From an uncultured Pseudomonadales bacterium (GTDB lineage Bacteria; Patescibacteriota; Microgenomatia; UBA1400; UBA1449): a DNA stretch of 64,000 bases. Below, one piece after another: positions 22,250-32,995 of this stretch (position 1 is the first letter of the stretch; each line of letters begins with the position of its first letter). The stretch covers positions 45,374-109,373 of the forward strand of contig CAYLQQ010000002.1 in the NCBI GenBank assembly GCA_964386355.1, written 5' to 3'. The notes under the pieces are model-generated. The model made no database searches and was not told the origin of the DNA. It was given only the letters and a program-made list of their open reading frames with translations. A program made the translations under genes and the position numbers.

Positions 22250-22494
22250 TGCCCTATGATGAAACCGCAACTTCTTTCTCAATCAACCGATTCAAACCTG
22301 TATGTAAGCAGAGGCACTGAACTGCCTTGGCAGTATGTATATCGGCAACTACGCCTACATAAGCTTTCAGATGTAACCAGCTATCAAGTTAACGGTAATT
22401 TGTACATCGTTGTTTCGGTGGGAAAGGAGAAAAATAATGCATAATTTTAAAATATCAATGTTCAAAATAGTTAATAATTTTATTGGAGGTAAAT

Positions 22495-22689
22495 ATGCCT
22501 AGAGAAATGGATAGTCCTATAGTGGGGGCATCTTACATGCCGGATCCTGAAAATGCTAGGAGAGAGTTAGTGCATGCTGTAGCAGAAGCACAGAAATTAC
22601 TGGAACTACATGGAATAGATTCCTCTGCATTAAGCATGAGCCCACTGGAAACATTATCAGTAGCAGCGCAAATACAAACGTATTCATAA
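22495..22689 (+). CDS. small hypothetical protein (64 aa)
   Basis: Strong SD GGAGG 5 nt before ATG 22495; followed by a terminator at 22757-22778. Confidence 0.45.
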   Translation: MPREMDSPIVGASYMPDPENARRELVHAVAEAQKLLELHGIDSSALSMSPLETLSVAAQIQTYS

Positions 22690-22756
22690 GATTTATAGGT
22701 CATACATAGAAAGTATGTATACATAAAGACCGCAATCTCTTATACAATAGCAAAAG

Positions 22757-22778
22757 AAACGCGAAAGCGTTTTTTTTG
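22757..22778 (+). terminator. rho-independent terminator (AAACGC-GAAA-GCGTTT, then T-run)
   Basis: Read directly; palindromic context, so it may act in both directions. Confidence 0.5.
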
Positions 22779-22804
22779 CGGTTAATCATAAATTTAAAGT
22801 TATT

Positions 22805-23095
22805 ATGTCACAGCTTTGTGAGAGAGAACGAGTCCGTATGGTCGAAGATTTGGGATTACCCTCAAGTTGTGACTTTTATAGAATATTAACTGTCAAAGAG
22901 GGTGAGGAACTAGTTAAAAAGTTTAATGTATTAGCCCAAAAATTTTCTACTGATGGAGCCGAGTGTTTTGATTTAAAGGAAGCGTATTTGCATATGTTAC
23001 GTACTACGCAGTTTAATAAGGATAATTTGCCGCAACATGTTTCTATACCATCACTTTTTGTATTTAATAAACTGTATGATCAATATGGAAAATGA
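22805..23095 (+). CDS. hypothetical protein (96 aa)
   Basis: ATG ORF with no motif recognised. Confidence 0.35.
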   Translation: MSQLCERERVRMVEDLGLPSSCDFYRILTVKEGEELVKKFNVLAQKFSTDGAECFDLKEAYLHMLRTTQFNKDNLPQHVSIPSLFVFNKLYDQYGK

Positions 23096-23097
23096 GA

Positions 23098-24843
23098 TTA
23101 TTGTAGGTCTTTTACTATTAATTGTATCTTTTGTTTACTATTCCACTCATTCAAATCTATCTGGTATGCAAGATCGATTTTGTCACCCAGTTTATGTGTT
23201 TTGATGGAGTCGGGAGCGTTGAAGTAAAGGGTATCGTAAGTAGTTGTTGGTTGTAGGTTGTTGGTTGTAGGTGAAACCATAAGTTTATAATGCTGGCCGG
23301 ATTTGCCCATAGGATACAGCCCTTTTAATTCGATTCCCTTGGTTACAAATACAGGTTTTTGGTTTCCCATCCCAAAAGGTGCGAACTTTTCAATTTCTGC
23401 ATACAGGTCCATAGTAATATCTTCAGTCTTAAGTTCTGTTTCTGCTTCTAATGAAGGGACAAGCAATTTTTCATCAATATGTTCCTGAGCGTATGTTTGT
23501 AGCTTTTGAGTCAGATTCTTTATGTTATCTGTAGCGACACTAAAGCCCGCAGCCATGGGATGTCCACCAAGCTCCAGGAACTCCGTTTCAAATACGCGTA
23601 AAATTTCTATGATATTGACACCGGGAACCGAGCGGACTGAGCCTTTGGCAAAGCCGTCCATGATGGCTATAGCAATGCTTGGTCGGGCGAACGTTTCTGT
23701 GATTTTGCCGGCAATCAGTCCGATCACGCCGGCATTATACTGCTTGGATGAGATAATGATGATTTTGGGAATTGGTGTCTTGTGCTGAATGCTTTCAATA
23801 ATTGGCTGTAGATTATCATTGGTCAGTTCCTGACGCTGCTTGTTGGTTTGGCCAAGATGAAAAGCCAGCTCAATTGCCCGCTCCTGTTTACGTGTACAAA
23901 GTAAGCGTAAAGAATCAATTGAGTGTTCAAGCCTCCCGCTGGCGTTGATACGGGGAGCAATGACAAAACCGATATGGTATGTGGTCAGGGGTTTTTGGGG
24001 ATCAATACCAGCATCAGCCATAAGAGCTTTAAGACCGGGTCTGGTAGTTTTTGGGAGCAGTTGCAGGCCGCGCTTGACTATCTGGCGGCTGGGACCAAGT
24101 AGGGGAACAAGGTCGGCGATGATACCAATTGCTGCCAGCTCTACCAATGAATTTAATATCTCTTCTTTCTTGGATTGCTCGGTTTTAAAAAATGATAATA
24201 TTTCCTTTGCGAATATGTAAGCAACGCCTGCACCTGCAGTTTGAGTAGTATGGACAATGGCAAGACATTTAGGGAATTTGGTCTGTGATGTATTTTCAGG
24301 GAACCTGTTTGAACCCGGGATTGGCTCATGGTGGTCGCAGATAATGAGGTCTATTCCCTGCTGCTTACAAAACCCTGCCCCTTCAAAGGCCACAATGCCG
24401 TTATCAACTGTGATGATTAGTTTGGGCTTACCATGCTCAGAAATTGCATCTTCAAGTGATCTTGGTTTTATGCCATAGCCATGTTTTTCACGGTGAGGCA
24501 AAAACGGCAGAACCTCAAAACCTAAAAAATGTAAGGTTTCCCACATGATAGCAGTAGAGGTAACCCCATCTGTATCGTAATCTCCGTAAATCAGGATCTT
24601 TTCATCATTGATCTTAGCCTTTTTTAGCCGTTCCAAAGCCAGTTTGAGCTGCTGAAGGTCAATACCCAAGTCTTTTGGTGTTATATCATGAGGGTTAGTA
24701 TCATTAAAAAATTGATCGCGTTTCTTTTGTGTTTCAAGACTTCTATTTTTTAATAATATATCAATGATAGCCTGTTGCCGGTTGAAAGCATTTTGGGGTA
24801 TCTGGTGTTTAGTGATCCATTTTTTTTGCATATTCTTATACAT
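23098..24843 (-). CDS. recJ: single-stranded-DNA-specific exonuclease RecJ (DHH/DHHA1)
   Basis: DHH motifs YGDYDTDGVTS, DLIICDHHEP, and DHHA1 GGHPMAAG. Confidence 0.85.
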   Translation of the reverse strand: MYKNMQKKWITKHQIPQNAFNRQQAIIDILLKNRSLETQKKRDQFFNDTNPHDITPKDLGIDLQQLKLALERLKKAKINDEKILIYGDYDTDGVTSTAIMWETLHFLGFEVLPFLPHREKHGYGIKPRSLEDAISEHGKPKLIITVDNGIVAFEGAGFCKQQGIDLIICDHHEPIPGSNRFPENTSQTKFPKCLAIVHTTQTAGAGVAYIFAKEILSFFKTEQSKKEEILNSLVELAAIGIIADLVPLLGPSRQIVKRGLQLLPKTTRPGLKALMADAGIDPQKPLTTYHIGFVIAPRINASGRLEHSIDSLRLLCTRKQERAIELAFHLGQTNKQRQELTNDNLQPIIESIQHKTPIPKIIIISSKQYNAGVIGLIAGKITETFARPSIAIAIMDGFAKGSVRSVPGVNIIEILRVFETEFLELGGHPMAAGFSVATDNIKNLTQKLQTYAQEHIDEKLLVPSLEAETELKTEDITMDLYAEIEKFAPFGMGNQKPVFVTKGIELKGLYPMGKSGQHYKLMVSPTTNNLQPTTTYDTLYFNAPDSIKTHKLGDKIDLAYQIDLNEWNSKQKIQLIVKDLQ

Positions 24844-25192
24844 GAGAATATTCTAAAAATAGTCGTTCCCGCTCCTGTTCTAGGAATTTAAGATTAGCTT
24901 CAATGTTTCGCAATGCAGTCTGAAGGTGTGGTTTTTTACTAAAGTCCAATACGTTGTTAATATCTGCCCACTGTTTTATCAGTTGTCTATTTCGATTATC
25001 CAGCGCTTGTTTGATGAGCTCAAATTGGCCATGCGTGGTCAGTTTGTGCCACTCTGGGAAATTTGCTAAATATAATGGATCATACTCACCAAATTCAATA
25101 GCTTTTGTTAGGGTGATTAGATCAGTTGTTGGCTGAGGGGATCCTGATTTTAAGGTTTCTCCAAATTCACCCGATTCATTGTAGTTAGCCAT
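24836..25192 (-). CDS. hypothetical protein (118 aa), overlapping recJ by 8 nt
   Basis: ATG start with an 8-nt overlap with recJ; no motif recognised. Confidence 0.4.
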   Translation of the reverse strand: MANYNESGEFGETLKSGSPQPTTDLITLTKAIEFGEYDPLYLANFPEWHKLTTHGQFELIKQALDNRNRQLIKQWADINNVLDFSKKPHLQTALRNIEANLKFLEQERERLFLEYSHV

Positions 25193-25237
25193 AGATTGGA
25201 ATTAGATTTATTAATCAAGCTTGATTATAATACAAGC

Positions 25238-26638
25238 ATGAATGTTAGCCTACCTAGATTAGTTTCACTAGTTTTACAAACTTTAGAAAAACAGAATTAT
25301 GCTGCCTACGTTGTGGGTGGATCGGTGCGGGATGTTTTATCAAACAACGGTCATGGAGTCAAAGACTGGGATTTTACTACAAATGCGACACCCGAGCAGA
25401 TCACAGAGCTTTTCCCGGAGTCTTTTTATGATAACCAGTTCGGTACGGTTGGGGTGACAGTAGAAGAACTCTTAAAGCAATTTGGTTTAGAGAATTATGA
25501 TCTGGAAAAAGATCATCTTAAGAACGAAGATGTATTTGAAATAACTACGTTTAGGAGCGAGGGATCATATAGTGATTTCAGGCGTCCGGATTTTGTAACA
25601 TGGGGAAAAACGATCGAAGAAGACCTTAAACGGCGTGATTTTACCATGAATGCCATGGCGCTTCGGTTAATTAAAGACGATGACTTTGAGCTGATCGATC
25701 TGTTTGGCGGAAAGCAGGACTTAGATAATAGATTAATCAAAGCAGTAGGAGACCCAAATGAACGCTTTGGTGAAGATGCTCTGCGGATGATGCGGGCAGT
25801 GCGTATGGCTGCTCAGCTTGGATTTATGATCGAGCCAAAAACGCTTGAGGCGATCAATCGCAATTCTCATTTGATTGCCAAAATTGCCTGGGAGCGTATC
25901 CGTGATGAGCTGCTCAAGCTTGTCTCTACGGACTTTGCTGTCGATGGCATGAAGCTGCTGCTTTCTACCGGCCTCTTGCATTTTATTTTACCCGAGATGG
26001 AGCGGACAGTCGGAGTGGTGCAAGCAGGGCACCACACAAAAGATGTCTGGCATCACAGTATTGATGCAATGGGAGCATGTCCTACAAAAGATCCGATCGT
26101 GAGGTTGGCTACTCTTATCCATGACTCTGGCAAGCCGATTGCTTTTAGACAAGAGGGCGGCAAGATCACGTTCTACGGACATGAGGTAATTAGTGGCAAG
26201 ATTGCCAAGCGGATCGGGCAAAGGCTTCACTTATCTAATCTTGATCAGGAGCGACTGTATATTCTGACCCGCTACCACATGTTTGCCTATGACTCAAATA
26301 TGACAGATGCCGCAATACGTAGGTTTATCCGTAAAGTTGGTTTGGAAAATATCAAAGATATGATGCGGTTAAGAATTGGAGACAGGGTCGGTGGAGGGTC
26401 GCCTGAAACATCGTGGAGGTTGCGAGAACTTAATGATCGTATTGAGGCAGTTCTTTACACTCCCATGCAGATCAAAGACCTTAAAGTCAGCGGCAATGAC
26501 ATTATGGAGATCTTAGGGATTAAACCTGGACCTAAGATTGGTGAGATATTACAGAAACTGTTTGACGAGGTGATGGAGGATAGCAGTAAAAATGAAAGAG
26601 AATATTTGATAGGCAGAATTAAGGAGCTAAGTAGTTAA
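25238..26638 (+). CDS. cca: CCA-adding enzyme (tRNA nucleotidyltransferase with HD domain)
   Basis: GGSVRD, RDFTMNA, and HD block GHHTKDVWHHS...LIHDSGK. The tracked ORF starts at TTG 25196. The ATG at 25238 sits 7 nt after a TATAAT, so the mRNA may be leaderless. Confidence 0.8.
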   Translation: MNVSLPRLVSLVLQTLEKQNYAAYVVGGSVRDVLSNNGHGVKDWDFTTNATPEQITELFPESFYDNQFGTVGVTVEELLKQFGLENYDLEKDHLKNEDVFEITTFRSEGSYSDFRRPDFVTWGKTIEEDLKRRDFTMNAMALRLIKDDDFELIDLFGGKQDLDNRLIKAVGDPNERFGEDALRMMRAVRMAAQLGFMIEPKTLEAINRNSHLIAKIAWERIRDELLKLVSTDFAVDGMKLLLSTGLLHFILPEMERTVGVVQAGHHTKDVWHHSIDAMGACPTKDPIVRLATLIHDSGKPIAFRQEGGKITFYGHEVISGKIAKRIGQRLHLSNLDQERLYILTRYHMFAYDSNMTDAAIRRFIRKVGLENIKDMMRLRIGDRVGGGSPETSWRLRELNDRIEAVLYTPMQIKDLKVSGNDIMEILGIKPGPKIGEILQKLFDEVMEDSSKNEREYLIGRIKELSS

Positions 26639-26643
26639 TCGCC

Positions 26644-27096
26644 CTACATTTCTGTATGGTATCGTGCACTCATACTAACGAGGTGTTTTCTCGTTATATT
26701 AAGCAACTTGTTAGGATTTGTTGTTGCCTTGAGTAAGTAATCGGCTGCTCCCATATTTATCCCTTTTTGGATTGAGTTCATATCTCCCAGTTTGGTAAGA
26801 AATACAACTGGTATATCATGAGTTACGGGATGTTGTTTTAGATTCTGGCAAAGCCGGAATCCGTCCTGATTCGGAATAAGTAGATCAAGATAAATTAAAT
26901 CAGGTTTTAAAATAACTGCCTTTTCTAATACATCTTCAAACCTGAAGAAAATATTCACTAAAAAGCCACTGGCTTCCAGGAAGGATTTATACTGGTTAGC
27001 TTTATCTAAGTCATCATCAACAATAAACACTCTTCTGGGAATAAGTGTTTCTCTAACATCAAGCATACTCTCATTATACTCTAAAATTTTATCCAT
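26644..27096 (-). CDS. stand-alone response-regulator receiver domain protein (CheY-like)
   Basis: DD at VFIVDDDLD, phospho-acceptor region LIYLDLLIPNQDG, and the T/K region VVFLTKLGD. Confidence 0.75.
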   Translation of the reverse strand: MDKILEYNESMLDVRETLIPRRVFIVDDDLDKANQYKSFLEASGFLVNIFFRFEDVLEKAVILKPDLIYLDLLIPNQDGFRLCQNLKQHPVTHDIPVVFLTKLGDMNSIQKGINMGAADYLLKATTNPNKLLNITRKHLVSMSARYHTEM

Positions 27097-27125
27097 ATCA
27101 TTTATATGTAGGTTATAATATAGGT

Positions 27126-28184
27126 ATGAATTTTCACAACCTTACGCAGGTGCTTAGCAAATACAATGAACCCAGCTATCGCTATACTCAAATAAGCTCA
27201 GATGTTGTGTCGGGGAGAGTCTTGTCTTTTAACGATATTTTTACTATCCCTATTTCACTAAGAACTACTCTATCGCAAGAATTGCTGGTATCTTCACTGA
27301 CTTCCCAGTCATTATTTGTTTCACAAGACAGAAAGGCTTATAAAGCACTTTTAAAATTACAAGATGGTCAGCTCATAGAAACCGTATTACTCAATCCAGC
27401 TCCAAGCCTCTGGTCTGTCTGTCTTTCGTGCCAAGTTGGGTGTCCTATGGGATGCACATTTTGTGCAACTGGTAAACAGGGTTTTACCCGCAATTTAACG
27501 AGTGAAGAAATTTGTGACCAGATACTCTTCTGGCGACAATATGTGGTGTCACAAAAACTTAAAATCCGTATTAGTAATATAGTTTATATGGGTATGGGTG
27601 AACCTTTTGCAAACCTTGATCCGGTACTGGAAAGCATTCAGTGGTTTATTGATCCAAAGCTATATGGGTTTGGGCAAAGACACATTTCCGTTTCAACCTG
27701 TGGTATTCCGGCAGGCATTGATAAGCTTGCACAAGTATTCCCTCAAGTTAATCTGGCACTTTCGTTACACGCCCCCAATGATGATTTACGAAAGGAGATT
27801 ATGCCAGTTGCTCGACAATTCTCGCTTGAAGAGGTTATGAATTCACTTAAAGAGTATGTTCAAAACACAAACAGGCAGGTATTTATAGAGTATGTAATGT
27901 TGGCACACAAAAACGACACAGACAAACATGCGCTTGAACTGGGTAATCTGTTAACTTCATTTTTTAAAGATAAATTTCATTTGATTCATGTAAATTTAAT
28001 TCCCTACAACTCAACAGGCAACACATTTATTGGATCCTCGATTGAAAGGATGGGGAAGTTTGAATCTATTCTGACTCACTTCCATATTAGTACGACCATC
28101 AGGAAAAGTTTGGGACAGGATATATCAGGTGCTTGTGGGCAGCTAAAGGGAAAGCTATCGGAAAACGATTTACAGCAGCTTTAG
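27126..28184 (+). CDS. rlmN: 23S rRNA m2A2503 / tRNA methyltransferase RlmN (radical SAM)
   Basis: CQVGCPMGCTFCATG, MGMGEPFANL, SLHAPNDDLRKEIMP, and C-terminal GACGQL align along the length with E. coli RlmN. Confidence 0.85.
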   Translation: MNFHNLTQVLSKYNEPSYRYTQISSDVVSGRVLSFNDIFTIPISLRTTLSQELLVSSLTSQSLFVSQDRKAYKALLKLQDGQLIETVLLNPAPSLWSVCLSCQVGCPMGCTFCATGKQGFTRNLTSEEICDQILFWRQYVVSQKLKIRISNIVYMGMGEPFANLDPVLESIQWFIDPKLYGFGQRHISVSTCGIPAGIDKLAQVFPQVNLALSLHAPNDDLRKEIMPVARQFSLEEVMNSLKEYVQNTNRQVFIEYVMLAHKNDTDKHALELGNLLTSFFKDKFHLIHVNLIPYNSTGNTFIGSSIERMGKFESILTHFHISTTIRKSLGQDISGACGQLKGKLSENDLQQL

Positions 28185-28760
28185 TTTTACTCTTGAATCA
28201 TACATTTTTTGAGCTATTTCATATATTCGGTCTTCGATGCTTTTTTCACCAAAGTATATAAATGCAGGATGTTGTAAGACATCCGAAGGTAAAAATGAAA
28301 TACAGAATTCAAGTTGAGTTATGGATTGTGTATATACATATAAGCACGCCAATAACTGATCGTTTCGTATCTTCATCGCTAAAAAATAATCCTTCATTTT
28401 GTCACCTGAACTGATTTCTGCGGCTTTTAACTGAATAAACAGTTCAAATGCCTGAGGAGAATCGACATTTTCTTTGATACGGTGAGTTATATGACCTGGA
28501 AGGGAATGAATTTGGTTGATCGCTGAGATAGCAATGTCTTGCTTAGATATATAGGCCAAGTCACGTACCTGATTCCAAAATTGTTGCTTATCTCCCAATT
28601 GAATCAATAGTTCGAATTTGTGATGAATTATTGTGAAATGTTCCAGAATAAAGTTGCGAAGCGTTTCTTTATCTAGTTGATTTCCTTTAAAAAAATTTTT
28701 CAAAAGCGTAGAAACATCGCTATCATTATTCAAGTCTGGTAATAGTATTTGATCGGACAT
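28170..28760 (-). CDS. hypothetical cytoplasmic protein (196 aa)
   Basis: ATG ORF; 15-nt overlap with the rlmN 3' end; no motif. Confidence 0.4.
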   Translation of the reverse strand: MSDQILLPDLNNDSDVSTLLKNFFKGNQLDKETLRNFILEHFTIIHHKFELLIQLGDKQQFWNQVRDLAYISKQDIAISAINQIHSLPGHITHRIKENVDSPQAFELFIQLKAAEISSGDKMKDYFLAMKIRNDQLLACLYVYTQSITQLEFCISFLPSDVLQHPAFIYFGEKSIEDRIYEIAQKMYDSRVKLKLL

Positions 28761-28778
28761 ACTCTGGGATATACTTAG

Positions 28779-30809
<2,031 letters not shown>

Positions 30810-30885
30810 GAGGGTGATAGATTATAGGGTTTGAATACTGATCGATAAAACTAGTATACTTAAACTAATACATTTTACTGCCCAT

Positions 30886-31404
30886 ATGTTTGATACTTTA
30901 TTTATATACACCCTAACAGTAATTATTTACATTGGCATTCTTTTCTTTTTCTTTTGGAGGCGTAATAGAAAACAAGAAGAACAGCTTAATGCTTTTTTGA
31001 AAGAAGCTAAAGAAAAACTTGAATTGCATAGAAAAGAGGCAAAAGTTCAAGCCTCAGGTAAAGTTGCCAAAGCATTTGAGCTGATCAAACGTTTACAAGG
31101 TGTTGCTGAGGATTTGGAGGGTCAAGTACAGACAGAGTATGAAAAAGTACTGGAAGAAGCCCAGCAGCAGAAAAAAGATATCATCGCTGAAGCACGCAGA
31201 CAATCTAAAGAAATACTTGAAGGAGCTGATGGAGAGCTCGCTCAGTATAAAGAAGAACGTAAGCGGGAAATTGAGAAAAACCTAGTGAAATTAGTAATGA
31301 GTGTCACTGAAAAGGTAGTCGGTAGGGGATTAACGCGTGAAGACCAAGTTGATCTGATCAGGGAAGCTGTTGAGGAAGTCAGGAAAGAAAAGGGACATTT
31401 ATAA
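30886..31404 (+). CDS. atpF: F-type ATPase subunit b
   Basis: One N-terminal TM (IYTLTVIIYIGILFFFFW), then a ~140-aa charged coiled coil; sits between the c-like gene and atpH. Confidence 0.7.
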   Translation: MFDTLFIYTLTVIIYIGILFFFFWRRNRKQEEQLNAFLKEAKEKLELHRKEAKVQASGKVAKAFELIKRLQGVAEDLEGQVQTEYEKVLEEAQQQKKDIIAEARRQSKEILEGADGELAQYKEERKREIEKNLVKLVMSVTEKVVGRGLTREDQVDLIREAVEEVRKEKGHL

Positions 31405-31431
31405 ATTGCTTACGTTTACTCTAAAGCATAT

Positions 31432-32010
31432 ATGGAAAAAGGTGTTGATAAATTAGCAAAACAACTGCTCTCTCAAATCTATACCACATCAGAACTTAAA
31501 AAAACTTCTCTGGCGTTAGAAGAACTATCACACTCTTCAACTTTTAAGGCAGAAACGCGCGCTATAGTAGCTAATCCTAAATTAGCTGATGAAGCTAAAG
31601 CAACACAATTACTAAAACTGTTTGATGAAATAGATATTCCTATAATCCAATCGTTTTTTTCAGGGGTTTTTAGTGAAGGAGAGTTCTGGATGTTTTCCTC
31701 CAAACAATTCGATTACTTCGACGAATTTGTAAGAGCTTTTCAGCTGGCTACTGAGAATGTACTAGTGGTATCGATGGTTACTGCTATTGAGCTTTATCCG
31801 CGTGAGCAGATGGTTTTTGCGCAAGAACTAGGGAAAAGCCTCGAAAGACAAGTTGTTTTGGACTTTAAACTTAATTCTGGAATTATCGGCGGAGCTCAGA
31901 TTCGAATCGGAAACCTAGTATTTGACTATACGTTGCGCTCTAAGTTTAATCAGTTTGAAAGGCAATGGATAAGTCGCATGGCAAAAACAGCTGCTTTTGT
32001 GGGGGAGTAA
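31432..32010 (+). CDS. atpH: F-type ATPase delta subunit (OSCP)
   Basis: C-terminal IIGGAQIRIGNLVFDYTLRSKFNQF fits the delta signature (GG...D.S..); length 192 aa. Confidence 0.65.
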   Translation: MEKGVDKLAKQLLSQIYTTSELKKTSLALEELSHSSTFKAETRAIVANPKLADEAKATQLLKLFDEIDIPIIQSFFSGVFSEGEFWMFSSKQFDYFDEFVRAFQLATENVLVVSMVTAIELYPREQMVFAQELGKSLERQVVLDFKLNSGIIGGAQIRIGNLVFDYTLRSKFNQFERQWISRMAKTAAFVGE

Positions 32011-32012
32011 AG

Positions 32013-32085
32013 TGATCCCACGGGGAATCGAACCCCGGTTTACGGGATGAGAACCCGCTGTCCTAGGCCACTAGACGATGGGACC
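32013..32085 (-). tRNA. tRNA-Glu (anticodon CUC), CCA not encoded
   Basis: Reverse complement GGTCCCATCGTCTAGTGGCCTAGGACAGCGGGTTCTCATCCCGTAAACCGGGGTTCGATTCCCCGTGGGATCA folds as a cloverleaf: 7-bp acceptor stem, anticodon loop UUCUCAU, TTCGATT T-loop. The genome continues CT after the discriminator A. Confidence 0.85.
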
Positions 32086-32270
32086 AAAATAGTTTCAAAA
32101 TTGAGAATAAAATTAAATTCTAATTTTGAATAATGTATTATATCGTACAACTCAAGGCTTCGCACTCTCTTTTTGCAGAATTCTTACAAAATACCGACTG
32201 GATTCTTACAGATTAAATTCACTATTAAAAGGCCAAATTGGACAGTTGCTGGATATATAAAAAATACATA

Positions 32271-32299
32271 TTGACGATTACTGGTAAAAACCGTATATT
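32271..32299 (+). promoter_or_regulatory. putative sigma70-like promoter (TTGACG-N17-TATATT) upstream of greA
   Basis: Hexamers read from the sequence, about 125 nt before the greA ATG. Confidence 0.35.
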
Positions 32300-32424
32300 C
32301 TAGACAAGTTAAAAATGGTCATCCCGAGAGGGGTGTTTTTTTTCTAGCAAAATCAGTAATTATTAACATTTTAATCCTGTTATTTTAGCAAAATATTGCT
32401 GACCTGACTGGATAAATACTCTAT

Positions 32425-32904
32425 ATGGCAGATTTGAGCGCAAACAGCGTCTACCTGACCAAGGACGGTTTAACAAACCTTGAAAAAGAACTTGAAGAGC
32501 TAAAAAAGGTTAAATTACCAAAACTAGTTAAACGCGTTGCGATAGCACGTGATAATGGTGATTTATCAGAAAATGCTGAGTATAGTTCTGCCCGTGAAGA
32601 ATTGTCATTTGTTGAAGGCAGAGTAGATGAACTTGAAGATATTCTAGCTCATGCGAAAGTGATAAAACAATCAAATGGGAGTGGTAAAAAGCAAGTCTCC
32701 TTGGGCAGCCAGATAACTGTTAAAGTTAATAATGGTGAGCATGTTTTTACTATTGTGGGTGAGTGGGAAGCGGATCCTATGGAAAAGAAAATCAGCCATG
32801 ATTCACCACTTGGAAAAGCGCTTTTAGGTAAAAAAGAAGGCGAAGAAGTTGAGGTAGAAGCTCCGGCGGGCAGGGTTGTATATAAAATCGTAAAAATTCA
32901 TTAA
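32425..32904 (+). CDS. greA: transcription elongation factor GreA
   Basis: N-terminal coiled coil YLTKDGLTNLEKELEELK...ARDNGDLSENAEYSSAREEL; C-terminal FKBP-like domain. Confidence 0.85.
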   Translation: MADLSANSVYLTKDGLTNLEKELEELKKVKLPKLVKRVAIARDNGDLSENAEYSSAREELSFVEGRVDELEDILAHAKVIKQSNGSGKKQVSLGSQITVKVNNGEHVFTIVGEWEADPMEKKISHDSPLGKALLGKKEGEEVEVEAPAGRVVYKIVKIH

Positions 32905-32930
32905 TCATGCTGTTTTTATTAAACAGCAAA

Positions 32931-32962
32931 AAATCCTCCCGACGAACCGGGGGGATTTTTGG
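32931..32962 (+). terminator. rho-independent terminator after greA (10-bp stem AATCCTCCCG / CGGGGGGATT, then T-run)
   Basis: Read directly; a smaller hairpin GCTGTTT...AAACAGC precedes it. Confidence 0.55.
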
Positions 32963-32995
32963 TAAAATAGCTACGTTTAGTAAATCAAAAAATAT

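Noticed and set aside
22249-22444. Coding potential of the ORFs immediately after the attenuator-like terminator (23-codon ATG ORF at 22249; 62-aa ORF at 22256)
   Set aside because: Both are short, low complexity and in competing frames; mentioned only in the regulatory finding.
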